Of a stretch of DNA of 64,000 bases, positions 23,957 through 38,424 are shown one piece after another. Origin of the DNA: Utricularia gibba. Lineage: Eukaryota > Plantae > Magnoliophyta. The stretch lies in contig CM007989.1 of NCBI GenBank assembly GCA_002189035.1, positions 3,472,001 through 3,536,000 on the forward strand, given 5' to 3'. The first letter of the stretch is position 1. Each line of letters opens with the position of its first letter. The notes beneath the pieces were generated by a model. The model worked only from the letters and a program-made list of their open reading frames with translations. It ran no database searches and was not told the DNA's origin. The translations under genes were made by a program, and so were the position numbers.

Positions 23957-24659
23957 GGTGAAGACTCCGGGAGGGAGGAAGGAAATGGAGTTGGCCGGAA
24001 GAAGCCAGTGGCCGTATTTATTGCCCGCCTGCACCTGTAAAATAAATGCCCTGTTATTTTTTCAGTACATAAAAAAGGTAACAGAAATCGATCAGAAGAC
24101 AATGCTTTACCAAATTTCATTGCAATTTATTCGACTGCTCGCTTTCGGGATCCTCTTTTTCTTTTTCCAAAATACATTTTTCTATTTATTTCTAAAATAA
24201 TAATAATAAATTGAATACAAATTTGGTCAACTAATCTGGATATTTTTCGAATAAAAAATTAGAATTAGGAAAATCATGGAGATTGGCTACAAAATTCAAT
24301 GCATTGGACTTCCGATATCAACTCTCCTGGGTCAATATCCACATGCTGGAATGCATTTTTTCCATATTAAATACAAATAACCAGTTCCACAGCATAGACT
24401 CGGGCCTCTTGGATAAAAACATCATTGGGCCCATGACGCAGACGCACTTGGGCCAGTGACAACACATTATTGGGCTTTCCCCAGCCTCAGCCCAGTAGTT
24501 TGAAACCCAGTCCCAAGAAAAAAGCGGATAGCGACACGCGAAGGCAATCATTCCCCTGAGCCCAATAATTGACTCTGAGACACGGATGGTTGAAATCTGT
24601 CCAAATGTCAGTTGATCTCAGCCGTCCATCTAGTCACAGCAGTACGCTTTTCATTCTAT

Positions 24660-24691
24660 TATATATATATAAGAGAGAGAGAGAGAGAGAT
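24660..24691. repeat. Compound (TA)n(GA)n microsatellite
   Basis: Directly visible. Confidence 0.85.
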
Positions 24692-25384
24692 ATTACCTTC
24701 TATTTCTTTTAAATAAAAAGAATGTAATATTGATTAATTATATTGCAATGTATTAAATTGATGTTCATTGTATCGACTCATTCTTGCGTGCAATCATGTC
24801 CAGTCCACGTCCACATCTAGTCTTCATGATACAATATTATGTTCAACTCATGAGAGGGATGAATCTGTGACGTGTTATTTTTAACAAACTGCTACGTAGA
24901 ATATGTGTGGTTCTAATTATTAATCATTGGGATGGGCGATAAGTACCTGATCTAAGAATATCGAGGGGGTCCTTTTCATGAGCTCATCGTGTGTTGGAGA
25001 ATGGCAAATGAGTAATTAAATAACTACGGGGGTGGATGCCCGCGGGCAGCGGGCAACGGCAGTACCGGACAAAGGCCTTTGGAATCTGCTGCCCATGATG
25101 TGTTCTTGTTTTAGTTGGTTGTGGGCCCCGATCCTACGCAGCTCCACTGTGGCGTGATGCGCACAGGGACAAAACCGTGGGGACTCCGATGCAATTATTG
25201 GTTTTTAGTTGCACCTTTGGCCAATAGAATGATGGATACAGCCACTGGTTTTTTATGCCCCATGCACCCACACCGCAGGGGATCAGAAAGAAACCGCCTC
25301 TTTCGTTGTCTATAAAATCATCCGGCCTTCACTACCTCGAGCACCCTTCCACCTTCCACAACCACCGCGAAGGTAACCGGAAAT

Positions 25385-25791
25385 ATGAGAACAGCCGTTG
25401 CGTACATCTCCGGCCGCGGATTTGACGTCAACCAGCCTCATTTTCTCGATTCCTGCTTTCTCTGCCATAAGTCACTCGGTCGGGAAAAGCGATATTTTCA
25501 TGTACAGGTGAGAATATTCGCAGCCTCCTCTTTTGTCTTCCGCAGGCACCATTGCCGGAGGTGAATTCTGAGGCGATTGCTGATTTTAGTTGTTGCCCTA
25601 TTTTTTGCAGAGGAAATACGCCGTTCTGTAGTCAGGAGTGTAGACAAGAACAGATCGATATGGACGAAGCCGGCGAGAATAGATGGCGGATGACGGCCGC
25701 CAAGAGACCGACTAACCCTCAAACATCTGAGACTTCCGGCGAATCCAACGGCAAGAGATCCGTGAGAACAGGGACCCTTGTCGTCGCCTGA
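25385..25791 (+). CDS. FLZ3: FCS-like zinc finger protein (DUF581), FLZ3-like; 2 exons; one +1 frameshift at 25482-25488
   Basis: MRTAVAYISGRGFDVNQPHFLDSCFLCHKSLG..SDIFMYR / GNTPFCSQECRQEQIDMDEA...SVRTGTLVVA*. TATAAAA lies about 70 bp upstream; intron at 25508-25610. Confidence 0.85.
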
Positions 25792-27046
25792 AACGCCCAA
25801 TTAAAACTCCGATTCCGACTATTTCCGGAATAAAATTGTAAAAAATGAAAAAAAAAAGCAATTTTGAATTTTGGGCCATTTTAATTTAATTCCCTTTTAC
25901 CCCTCTCCATTGTTTCAACTGGTGCAGAAGATTTGGCTGTCACAACTTGTGACTTTCTTTTTTTACCTCATCCTTATATATTTTGAAAACAAATTCAATT
26001 TACTACAATTAACTTCTTATTTGTTAAATAATTTGTACCTTTCAAGAGTATAACAAATTCTTTTAAAAATCAATGCAATTATATCATCAGTATGAAAGTG
26101 TACATTTTCAGTCAAAATAATTTCTAATAATTAATTTTAAAAATTAAATTTACATTTATGTCCATTTTATAATTATCTACAATAATTATTATTTATATTA
26201 TATAAATAATTTATAAAACATATTTTTGAATTTTTATATAACTGTGAAACTTTAATGGGCTTTCTAAATTAGGATATATCAAACTTTTTAAATAAGATTC
26301 AAATGTTATCTAATTAAATATCATTTTGGCTGATTATTTCTCTAGATAAATTAATCTTCATATTTATTAAGATCATCTTTAGTTTTTTAAATTTAGATTG
26401 AAATCATTTTGAAAAATTACAAAACACATTTTTTGTTCAAAAAGATGAAATTTATAAAAAAATATATGTAAAATAATTTAAAAAATTATGAAAAATCACA
26501 AATATAAATGTCAATTTTTCACATATCAATTCTCAATATCCAAACCAACATAATTATAGGTATTGGGTGGGGTTGGTTATTGACAAAAGATGGTGATAAA
26601 AAAGTGTAACCTTTTAGAGTTCAATTTTAAAATTTAAGGTAAGAGATAAAAACCAATTATTTACAAAAACATCAGATTTCAATAATCTTATAAATAATAT
26701 TATTATTTTTAAATAAGAAAGATGCTAGACACAAGGAAGAACCGCTTAAGATGCAGATGAGCAAGGGAGATACACTGGTAAGGCAGGATGGATAGAACAG
26801 CGTCTACAAAGGTGAATCAAAACTTAAAATTTTCTTGACATGGACAGAGAGTAAGCTGCTATGCATGGGATCAAGGATTTCCCTTTTTCTCATACTCTCA
26901 CCACATACGCTACTTACCAGACCACCCGCATCTTCTTTACACACACAACTGCGAAAGCGGAGAAACGAGAACCGAAAACGACCGCCGGCGAGATGGAGTC
27001 CTCTCTTCATCTCTCTCAGAAACCCAGACCATGGGGGGGAAGCTAC

Positions 27047-28961
27047 TTACGGAAGCTGGTTGGAGAAAACTTGTGGCAACTCTGGACGAGGGGGGTTGGA
27101 GTCACTATCGTGTCTATGATGCATCTGCCTCTGCACTGCTTTCACCGCTGCCACTCGTGCGGCATTGGCTGCTCGGTTTGCTGCTGCGACTGCCCGGCTC
27201 ACTCTTTCGTCTACTTTGGTTACGTCGTAGGCTTTATCTGCTGCCCGGCGAGCTTCCTGAATAGTAAACATGGTGTAAGAAGGGAACACTCGGGTAACCA
27301 GAGAGTGCACGCAAAGGGACTACCTGAACGACATTCAGAACTTTGGAGTGGTTCACAGCAACAGGCGAAACTGGAGAGTCAATGCTCTGAGTGCTGGGAA
27401 CATCGAGGATGCCGCCTTGCCAATGGCCTGAATGGGCTTCTCCATTCCTGAAAATGTAGGTTCCAAGACCCTGCCTTTTCCCCTCATGCCATGCACCTTC
27501 ATATCGATGGCCATTCGCAAAGGAATAGACACCGAAACCATGCATCTTGTCAGCGAAATACTCACCGGCATACCTATCCCCATTCCTGAAAGTACAGAAC
27601 GAGTAAATTAGCAAAACTCAGGAGCTCTTTCTCATTATCTTGATCTGAACTTAGTAAATACTCCCATCATCAACTCTACATCTTAGTTCTGAAAATTGGA
27701 CTATGCGGATCCATGAATCTGGTAGGAAAAGATCAAGAACTAGCACAATGTAATGCATAAAAGACAGGCAAGATGTATCTAATCCTTGGTGATCAACATG
27801 TCCCGTATCAAGCAAAAAAGTAAGTAACAAAACAAACAAGTAAAAGCATTGCCTTGATCACTTGATGAAAACCACTCACCTGAAGTGGTAATGCCCAAGG
27901 CCATGCTTAACACCCCACTTGAATTCTCCCGCATACCGACTACCATCATCACAGGTATGGATTCCACAGCCATGACTTTGGCCACTAGACCATTCCCGGC
28001 ATACACATCACCTGTATAGAATCTATACACACCAAAACCATGCCTCAGACCTTGCCTATACTGCCCTCTGTAACGACTGCCCCTCGCCCATGTCTCTACA
28101 CCATAACCATCATACTTACCATCAACCCAATCTCCCTCGTACCTTCCACTCATATAGTAATAATACACACCACTTCCACTACATTTCCCTTGATGAAATT
28201 CACCTTCATACACATCACCGTTGCTATATGCCTGCACATAATACCCGGAGATAGCCCTTTTGTCTGTTTTCTGACGAGAGCCTATAGACCAGAAAACCGG
28301 TAGGTGAGGCCGAGATACTTGGCTCTTGGAACATAGCTTAAGCGGCAAATTCTTGGCAAGAAACAGTCTTATTGTGGTAACCTCGGGATGGCAAGATTCA
28401 ACGAGAACAGAAGTACAGATACGAAAGCAAATGCAGATAGAAAATCGAGGAGGAAGGAGGTGGAAGGGTGGGAAACTAAAAAGTAAAAAAAGGGCAAACT
28501 GAGCAGAAGAATTAACCGGAGATGGAGACGCACACGGCGGCGAAGGTACCGGAGGTGGTGATGGAAATGGGTGAAAATCTTCTGCGACCTGTTGTACAAG
28601 TAATCGTATTTCGACGGTGGAGTAGTATTCTGGTTCTGCACGGAAACACCATATCTATCGAGGGAAGTAGGTAAGGTTGGGGCTTTTGTGAGAGAACCGG
28701 AAAGCTGTTGCTGAAGATGCGGCCGCTTAAATGGGCGTTTGAAAGCAACGGAATCATTCTGCTCCGGCAGCTGTTGACCCTCCCGCCGATGAGAATTTTA
28801 AGGTCCGAACTGTTCAGCAATTGAGGGGCAATCGAATTGAAATTGAAATTCTGATGCTTCTGCGTCAAAGAAGACGGGGTAAAAGGCGGTGTAGGATTAA
28901 AATCGGAAGAGACGCCGCTGCTTTCTTTTCCGATTTGTACTTCAGATTTCTTCTGATGCAT
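27047..28961 (-). CDS. MORN-repeat membrane protein (At4g17080-type); 3 exons; three apparent frameshifts
   Basis: MHQKKSEVQIGKESSGVSSDFNP, TM region RLHLRLILLLSLPFFYFLVSHP, repeated YxGxW/F MORN units (GDVYEGEFHQGKCSGSG, GRYEGDWVDGKYDGYG) and C-terminal EARRAADKAYDV...AARVAAVKAVQ. Shifts at 28796-28799, 28376-28377 and 27995-27997. Confidence 0.9.
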
Positions 28962-30569
28962 TACATACGTGAAACCGAAACAGAACCCAGAACAAAAACC
29001 GCCTTTCCAAGTTGAAAACTTGAAATCGCCCCCTTCCTCCCCAATAACCAGTGCCCAATCGTCTTCTCTTCCGGGAAATGGGTAGCTATTTTTACGGTCA
29101 GCCTTCAAAACACACGAACGGAAACCAACCCTCGCAGCACAAATTGCAAACCGGAAACCACAAAAACCAAACCCACCCAACAAACACAAAGAAATCCGCT
29201 AATTGGATTCGACGATGGAGAATTTCTTGAAAACCAGAGGCGACCAGTACCCGAAGCCGACTCCCTTGAAAAGCAAAAAAGATAAGGAATTAGTCTCCCT
29301 TCCCTATTTTTAAACCTTCCCCTCTCTCTCTCCCTCTCACAAAAAAAAAAAATCATACACACACTTTTTTTGTTTTAACCCCAGAAATATGTGACATCGC
29401 TAACAGACACTATTCACTTAGGTTAATATCATTTTTCCTGTCTGAAGTAAATCATCCCATTGTCAAGCACCTCCACATGTTATGTTCATTTCAGTTAACA
29501 TCATATTGTAAATTTCAAAATACCCGAAATCCGATCTTTAAAAAATCGTATTTGCGGTTTTTTTTTATGATTGAAAATACTTGGAAAACTTGCTCCCATT
29601 CAATTGTTGTTCTCCTTTCTTGATGGCCAAGGGAAGTGGTCTGGTGGTAGGATGGGGAGGGACTTGTCCCATGCTCAGTCAAGGGATAGCAGCACCAAAC
29701 ACCATGACTTTCCTTATAGGTGATGGATAATATATAATTATTATGTTTTTTTATAAAAAAATAATGGTTATTGCCTAGGTGCAGAATAGTTATGGGCATT
29801 TATTGATACAAAAAAATTAAGTATATTTATTGCCTCCACTGAAGTGGATGTAAATCCAACCACGTCTCGCCGTCTAGAAGAAGGGGAGTGCGTCGACCAT
29901 CCAGAGATCTCATTGATGGGGTGGAATCAGATGCGGGCGAGTCCACCAACTCCATCTTATGAAGACTAGCTTCGTGCTCGTGGTGGCACAGGATAGATGG
30001 AGTGGATGGGGTGAGTGAGCAATGAAGGGGATGCACCTGCATTATTACATACTTGGCATTGCCTCTGACAGTAGTATCCCCTGTTGTGGCTGTGCCATGT
30101 GACCCTCTGAAATCCCCTTTCCGCATATCTTGTTATACACAACAACACCCTTCACAGAAGGAGGAGGGAGGGGTCAAAAAGGATGGGGGAGTGGGAATCT
30201 GCCTTTTTTCCACACTTGGGGCTTGGTTTTTGGTTAACCGAGTCTGGAATACCATATCCTGTGAATGAATGAATCTGTTGTTGAGGTACGAAGAGGGTTC
30301 TGTCTGAGGGTGAGAAAAAGGTGCAATAGTCACTCAATACATGTCATGTAATGGTGAATACGTTTTCTTCTTTTGTCAAACATGAAACAATAACCGTACA
30401 CCTGTAATGCTGAATCTGGCTTGTGTGTTGGGAGGGGGATGATCCTGGATTCCTCAAGGCATGTCTTTGTACTCCGTGATTAGTATGCACGGGGTTCTAC
30501 ATTCTACACCATGGATAGATGAGCACCACGTCAAGGCAGGATCAGAAGATTGTGTGGGCGCCTGTTTCT

Positions 30570-32140
<1,571 letters not shown>

Positions 32141-32611
32141 TTTCCGGCCGATTCCCCGAAATCCACAGCTCTGCCCTCAAAATCCCTCGCCCATAAATCC
32201 AATTACAAAGTACAACTGCTAGATTCCCACCCAATAAGAGACGAAGTGAGACCAAGGCTATGGGCTTCCTGAATTCTTGAAATTAGAAAAAAAAAAAAAA
32301 AAAAAGAACCAAATTTTGGAAATCCATGACATATTATATTTTAAGATAAATAAATAAAATCTAAAATATTAGATTATTCAACCGGACATCCTAACCATTT
32401 TCTATTTGTTTGCAATAATTAATTCAATTTTCCACTTTAAAAAAAAAAAACAGAGCTGGTTAGAACGTCTTCTCATCGACAAGATTTCAATCATGGAGCA
32501 GAGCAAAAGGTTATGCTGTACATAACAATGGCATGCTCAAGCAGCGGTTAATGGTGGTAACTCAACCCGGAGTCAAGTATACAAAAGCAATAACACGGTG
32601 GAGGCCCGATC

Positions 32612-33456
32612 CTATCCCGATTCCAAGCTGCAAAGCTGCTGCTGCTGCTGCTGATGGGGAGTTTCCTCCTTCAAATGCAGTAGTGATGTTGATGAGAAGC
32701 GCTTCTCAGCGTTGATCCGGGGCTCGTTTATCATCATTTCTGTGTGCAGGTACGAAGAATACTTCTGGAACACCGACGGGGTGACGTTCAAATGGAAGCC
32801 CAGGCCAAAGAGGAAGTCGGTCTCCAGGAAATTCATCTCCGTCGTGGAGATCCCTCCGATCTTCGCGTAGTAGGCGTTGTTGAAGTACCTGCGTTTGGCA
32901 TCAGGAGTTGAGGGCGATGACCCTTTTACAGAATATTCCACATCTCGAGAGCATATGATAGAAATGGCAGCATGCTATGTCACATCTCCGGTTTATATCA
33001 AAATGATCAAGCAAAAAACATGTCGGGGTTCATGATCTACTGTTGGATTGTCCGGAAATGCAAGGGGAAAGCAGAAGCAAGAATGTTGATCTACGGATCG
33101 AATCGGAAGCAACCGAAGGGGGGAACTCACATATCGTCCATGAATTTGGCGGAGACCATGACGCTGGTGATGAGGAGGCGGTGGACGTTGAAGGAGTTGA
33201 TCGGAATCGCCGGCTGCCGCTGCGTGAACCGGTCGAGGTACACGAACGCGACGACGTAGCAGGAAGGACTGCAGTTGGCGTAGAGGAAGATTCGCTCGAG
33301 GTAGCTTTGGACGGAGATGGTGGGGCGGGTGAGGCCGTGGAAGACAGAGATCTTCTCCGGGCGACGCCCCCGGGTGAGATCGTTCCGCTCCGCCGTCCGT
33401 TGGAGCAGCGCCGACAGAAGCCCGATCACTTTCGGCGTTTCTTTCGCTTCACCCAT
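32612..33456 (-). CDS. CYCU4-1: Cyclin U4 (P-type cyclin, CYCP4/CYCU4;1-like); 2 exons
   Basis: [72 protein letters not shown] and a polyQ tail. Confidence 0.92.
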
Positions 33457-36400
33457 TCTCGCTCACAGCTCAGACTCTGCTGTGCTTATGCTGGGATTTG
33501 GAACCTCCTCTTTATATATATATATATATATACATACAATCCTCCCTTTCCTTTGCACCCCTAACAAGGCAGAGCGAGAAATTCCCCAAATGCCCTTCAT
33601 CCCATCTCACCACTCTGGTGCCAAATTTCAATTACAAAGATTTCCAACAGTCCACTGTCATTTATCGTTGCAAAAATTCGGGAAATAATAATACTAATAA
33701 TAATAAGGCAGGAATAAACCAGCAGTTGCAGTGTTGGTTTGCAAATGTAATAAATAATATTAACGGTCACGACAACTAAGCCACATGTGCCCCTCGGGCA
33801 TTAACTGCAACCAGCTGGACAAATCACTTGCATTGTCGGCATCCCTATTTTTAGCAAATGATAAACAAAAAAGATTTAACCAAATCTCATCACTTTCCCA
33901 CCACATTATGTAATAATTTTTACTCCTCCCAAAATTCAAGTAACCATCATTATTTTAGTGTGTTAGAAAAATAAATATCGTATATCTAAAAAGTTAATTT
34001 TACTATCTGAGAGAGAATCATGATGATTAATTTTAAAAAAATGGCTCAAAAAATAACTTAAATTTATGTCTTTGTTTTTATTTGTAGAAGAATCTTTGGA
34101 CAAGCTAATGCGAAATAAATCAGTAACTAAATATTAATGTTTTTAATGGAATATTATAAAAAAAGAAAAGAAATATTTGCATAGCAAGCAACATTTGATA
34201 ATCATTAATATTTAATATTATAGATCAAATACTCAAATAATTGTGTATTTACTATTTAATTAATGATTAACAATAAATTCATATATGAGTTTAATGAATA
34301 CCATAATGTTAAAATACAATATCTCATTTAAAGTTTATACTTGAACTATTTATTATGAACATTTTAATAATAATACATATAAATTTATAATTTATATCAA
34401 ATAATAGATTCGTTATATTTATATTAAGTATGGAATAAATTGCAAAGGAGTTTGGCTGGGGAGGAGGCGTGAGGGTGAAGTGTTGGGGGGAGGATGGTCC
34501 CCTTATCACCCCGGGGCGAAGGCAGGAGCGTCCCGTATCATTTACCCGCGTTAACCAAAGTTAATTGTGTCATAAGTGCGATAGGACCAATGCTCTAAAC
34601 TACCCCCGTATCAAGATAATCACTATCCAGATCCGATCCTATAACACTGCACAACATAGCTTCCAAAGTGTTTGATAGAATAGTAATAAGATTTATACGT
34701 AAGTTTACATATAAATCGTTGTTTAATAATATATTATCAAACGATATATTTATAACTTATGGGGCAATGGGCGTGCACTTAAGCCCTCGTAGAAATTGTG
34801 ACACCAGGGAGTGAGGGCGGGCTTTCAGAGGTGGTTGGATCACCAACTTGAAGCACGAGTTGGCGTAGTGGGCTCGCTTATGTCGCCTGCCCAAGACAGT
34901 GATGTGATCGTGAAGCTTAACTGGTACAAACTACAAACCTCTCCACTGTACACGTCGGACGCAGGAACCATTTCGGATCCCACATCCTTCAATTCTTGCC
35001 AACTATAGGAGCTCTTCGATTTCCATGTCGTTTGCTTATTATTAGTATAGATTTTTCAAAAAAAAAAAAAAAACACTTTTCTGGAAGTGTTGTTTAACAA
35101 GTATAAATTGTGTTGTAATCGAAAATCGACACTAAAATAGAGACTGATTTTTAGGTCACGAATACAATTGGATGTGTCGTATCCGATTTAGATACCAGCG
35201 CTTTTAGTGGTACAATGCTGTTGATAGGATTAAAGAAAAATGAGGATTTTAATATGGAAATCATCAGAAAACGAAAAAATTATGAAATTATCGGAATTCA
35301 TCGAAAAATAATTTTACTAGATAGAGGTGGAAAGAAGATACAAGTTAGAAAGCTCAATATTCAATCCCTTCTTATTGAGAGTTTCTTGTATTTATAGAAA
35401 AAATTAGTCTGATCGAATTCTAGATTATGTAAATGTCGTTTATTTATATAAACACCTTTTGATTCCTTTTCATTAACTCCAATATGATTTGGATCCCATC
35501 AAATTGATATTTTGCAAATTCTTAAAAATAAAATTGATTCTAAATTTTGAATTTTTAAATAAAAATTATTTATATTTGATATCAAAGCTAATTTTGAAAT
35601 GTATTTATATAATTAGATGATGCTATACAAAATAGAACATTAGTTTTTGATTTAGTTCTATATCAAATGCAAATAACTTTTGTTCTGGTACTTATTATTT
35701 AAAAAAAATTATAAAAACCCAATTTGTGTTTTATTAACATTATCTTTTAGAAAAGATACAACAACTTTGTAAATTATTAACAAAATAATTTGTCCAGGTT
35801 AGGGACATGTTCGTAGCAGCTGTTGGCAGCTGTCACAAATTATGTCCAGATATTTGATAGGGAAAATGGGGAAGGTTTTCCCTAATTGCGGTCTTATTTT
35901 CATCCAGCCCCAAAATTACTAGATATTTAAAGATCGAGACCTTAAAAAGCGGGTAATTGCTGTAGTGACTACGAAACGTCGAAAACACTTGCTGAGTTGA
36001 TGCCCGACCCATGTGCAAAACTCGAATCACAAATCCAATGCCTGCGGCCGCGTCGGCGACGGAAGGGAGACACCACCTCCTCCGGCTGCATAATTGCCTG
36101 CGAATCCACGCATTCGATTGTAGCCGGCGATTGCCGCGGCGCAATTTGTTTTGGGACTCAAGAAAATTTTCGGCAGTCGGAGATAAAATCGGTTACCGTT
36201 TGAGAGAAATGGGGGAATCAGAAATTCGAATCGACCTCGATGAGGAGCCTTTATAGAAAAAAATGTCGGATCCTCTTTCTGACGCCGTGGAGAGCCGCCG
36301 ACGGCGCTGAGAAGATTTTTCTGGGAAGGTGATTTGAGAAGTTACTCTTTCGTTAGAATTTACTTTGAAAAATAATTTAATTTTTATTGTGAGATGGATA

Positions 36401-36939
36401 AATAAAAACATAAACTGTGAAAATTTTTTGAAATTTATTTTTATTTTTTAAAATTATTTTAGAAAAATAAAATGAGAATTAAAAATAACCTATTCATTAA
36501 TTTTCCAAAAGTAACTTTTATAATATAATTTTAAAAATATTTTTTGATAAAATTAATTTTACAATTATTAATGTTTTAGTTATTTTTAAAAAATAGAAAT
36601 ATGATTCAAAAATTTTCCATAACACTATTATATTAATATTCCAAATGATTTCTCCATTTTATCACAGAAGATGAGTTTTTGAAGGCAGAGATTTTATTGG
36701 GTTTATTACAAAAAAAAAAAGTTGAGGGGGAGAAGAGATGACGTTGGTATCCCCAAGTGGAGTGGAAAACGGAAGCTAGAGTGAAACCAAACGGAATATT
36801 CCAAAGGGGGAATGGGGATCTAGGTTAGGGTGGGAATCACCCTTTTGTTTTCTCGTTTATATAGCCCCGGCCCCCGCCGCTACTGCACTGCACTGCACTC
36901 TACTCCCATTTGCTTTGGTTGCTCATCGAATCTGAGAGC

Positions 36940-38111
36940 ATGGAGCAGACCTTCATCATGATCAAGCCCGACGGCGTCCAGAGAGGCCTGGTTTGTTGTT
37001 CCCTGTTGGAGTTCGTTTTTGTGTGTGTGTGTGTGTGTTTTCGCGTTACTGGAGTGGGTCACCCAGATCCAGGTTTCTAATTGCTGGCGGTGCCTTGAAT
37101 TGATTACGTGTGTTTCAGGTCGGCGAAATCATCGGCAGATTTGAGAAGAAGGGCTTCACTCTGAAAGGTGACGTTCACAGTTTTTGGTTTTTTTTCACTT
37201 GTTCTGTAGGTTTTGGATTCAGGTGTCTATGAAACTACCCCGTTTATGTTGTTGTGCGGTTATGCTTTACACTTGCTTTAAGCATGTCCCATGTAAAGCT
37301 TTCATTTTTTTAAGGTGCTGTCTATCCTCTTCTGTAACATGTTCAATTTAGCGAGCATGTATTCTTATCATCTTGCTTACCTTACCCACTGTTAGTGTAT
37401 TCCTAGCACCAATGATATTCTTTTTGCCTCTATGCTTCAGCAACGCTTGTTGTGAAAACAAAACGCTATCTTGCAGAACAGAAGGCATTATTAATGTTTT
37501 AATGGCTATTTTGACAACAAAAAAAAAATCATCTTTAAGCAGTTGAGATCCATATTCGGCTGATAATTTCAGGGTTGTTTGGGATTTCAATCCTTGATTG
37601 GTCATACTTTTTTCATCATCAAAGTTGTTTCTTGGTCTCATTTAGTGTCTCGTATAGCCAAATGGTGTAAGTTATAATTTCTTGCAACAGGCCTCAAGCT
37701 CATTACCGTCGACCGTCATTTCGCTGAGCAGCACTACGCTGATCTCTCCGCGAAGCCCTTCTTCAGCAAGCTGGTGGACTACATCATCTCTGGCCCTGTT
37801 GTGGCCATGGTGTGGGAAGGAAAGAATGTGGTAGTCACTGGAAGAAAGATCATCGGTGCCACTAACCCTTCTGATTCTGCACCAGGGACCATCCGTGGTG
37901 ACTATGCCATTGACATTGGCAGGTAAGATAGAATCTGTATAACTCATTCGCAAGTGTTTGGGTCATGTCAGCTTGTTTACGAGCCAATTCTTGCAGGAAT
38001 GTCATTCATGGTAGCGATGCTGTGGAGAGCGCTAGGAAGGAGATTGCCCTTTGGTTCCCGGAGGGGATTGCAGAGTGGAGGAGCAACCTCCACCCTTGGA
38101 TCTATGAGTGA
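36940..38111 (+). CDS. NDPK1: Cytosolic nucleoside diphosphate kinase 1; 4 exons
   Basis: [17 protein letters not shown] / [16 protein letters not shown] / [25 protein letters not shown]...[13 protein letters not shown] / RNVIHGSD...HPWIYE*. Confidence 0.97.
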
Positions 38112-38424
38112 AGTCTCCTTTCTTGAACTTGTCAAAGAGTCTTGAACCCTGCATTTTGCTTGCCATGTTATGGTTTCAAGCCGGTGTGTGACAATGCATT
38201 TTGTACGCTAATAATTCTATGGCCATTTGAGTGGTTTTGCTCATAGAAGCAGAAGCGACATCCATGGTTATTCTGTGTCTTCCTCACAAAAGTTACATTC
38301 CAAGTCAGAATGTTCAATATTCATTGGCAAAAACAATTGAGAACACCAGGCCTAGCGAGATTCTCAACGTTGTGCTTCGACTTGCTTCGAAGCAACAACA
38401 ATCCAGTCCAAAATGTGGAAAAAA

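Noticed and set aside
18232-24200. Long antisense or alternative-frame ORFs over GC-rich genes (for example 18791-19234 and 23206-23724; also 33043-33564, 46414-47049 and 54993-55322)
   Set aside because: They are shadows of GC-rich coding sequence on the other strand or frame and show no independent motifs.
27047-28961. Calling the MORN gene a SET7/9 histone methyltransferase
   Set aside because: Only MORN repeats and a TM region are visible; there is no SET domain.
34476-34496. GTGAAGTGTTGGGGGGAGGAT resembles miR395 (CUGAAGUGUUUGGGGGAACUC)
   Set aside because: Only about 15 of 21 nt match and there is no complementary star arm nearby to form a hairpin.
34978-34988. ATCCCACATCC, similar to the plant snRNA USE (RTCCCACATCG)
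   Set aside because: One mismatch, no correctly spaced TATA box and no recognisable snRNA downstream.
35190-35440. Possible reverse-oriented LTR remnant (GATACCA, TGTTGATAGG, TATTTATAG)
   Set aside because: No second LTR, no TSD, no clean TG...CA ends and no gag-pol fragments.
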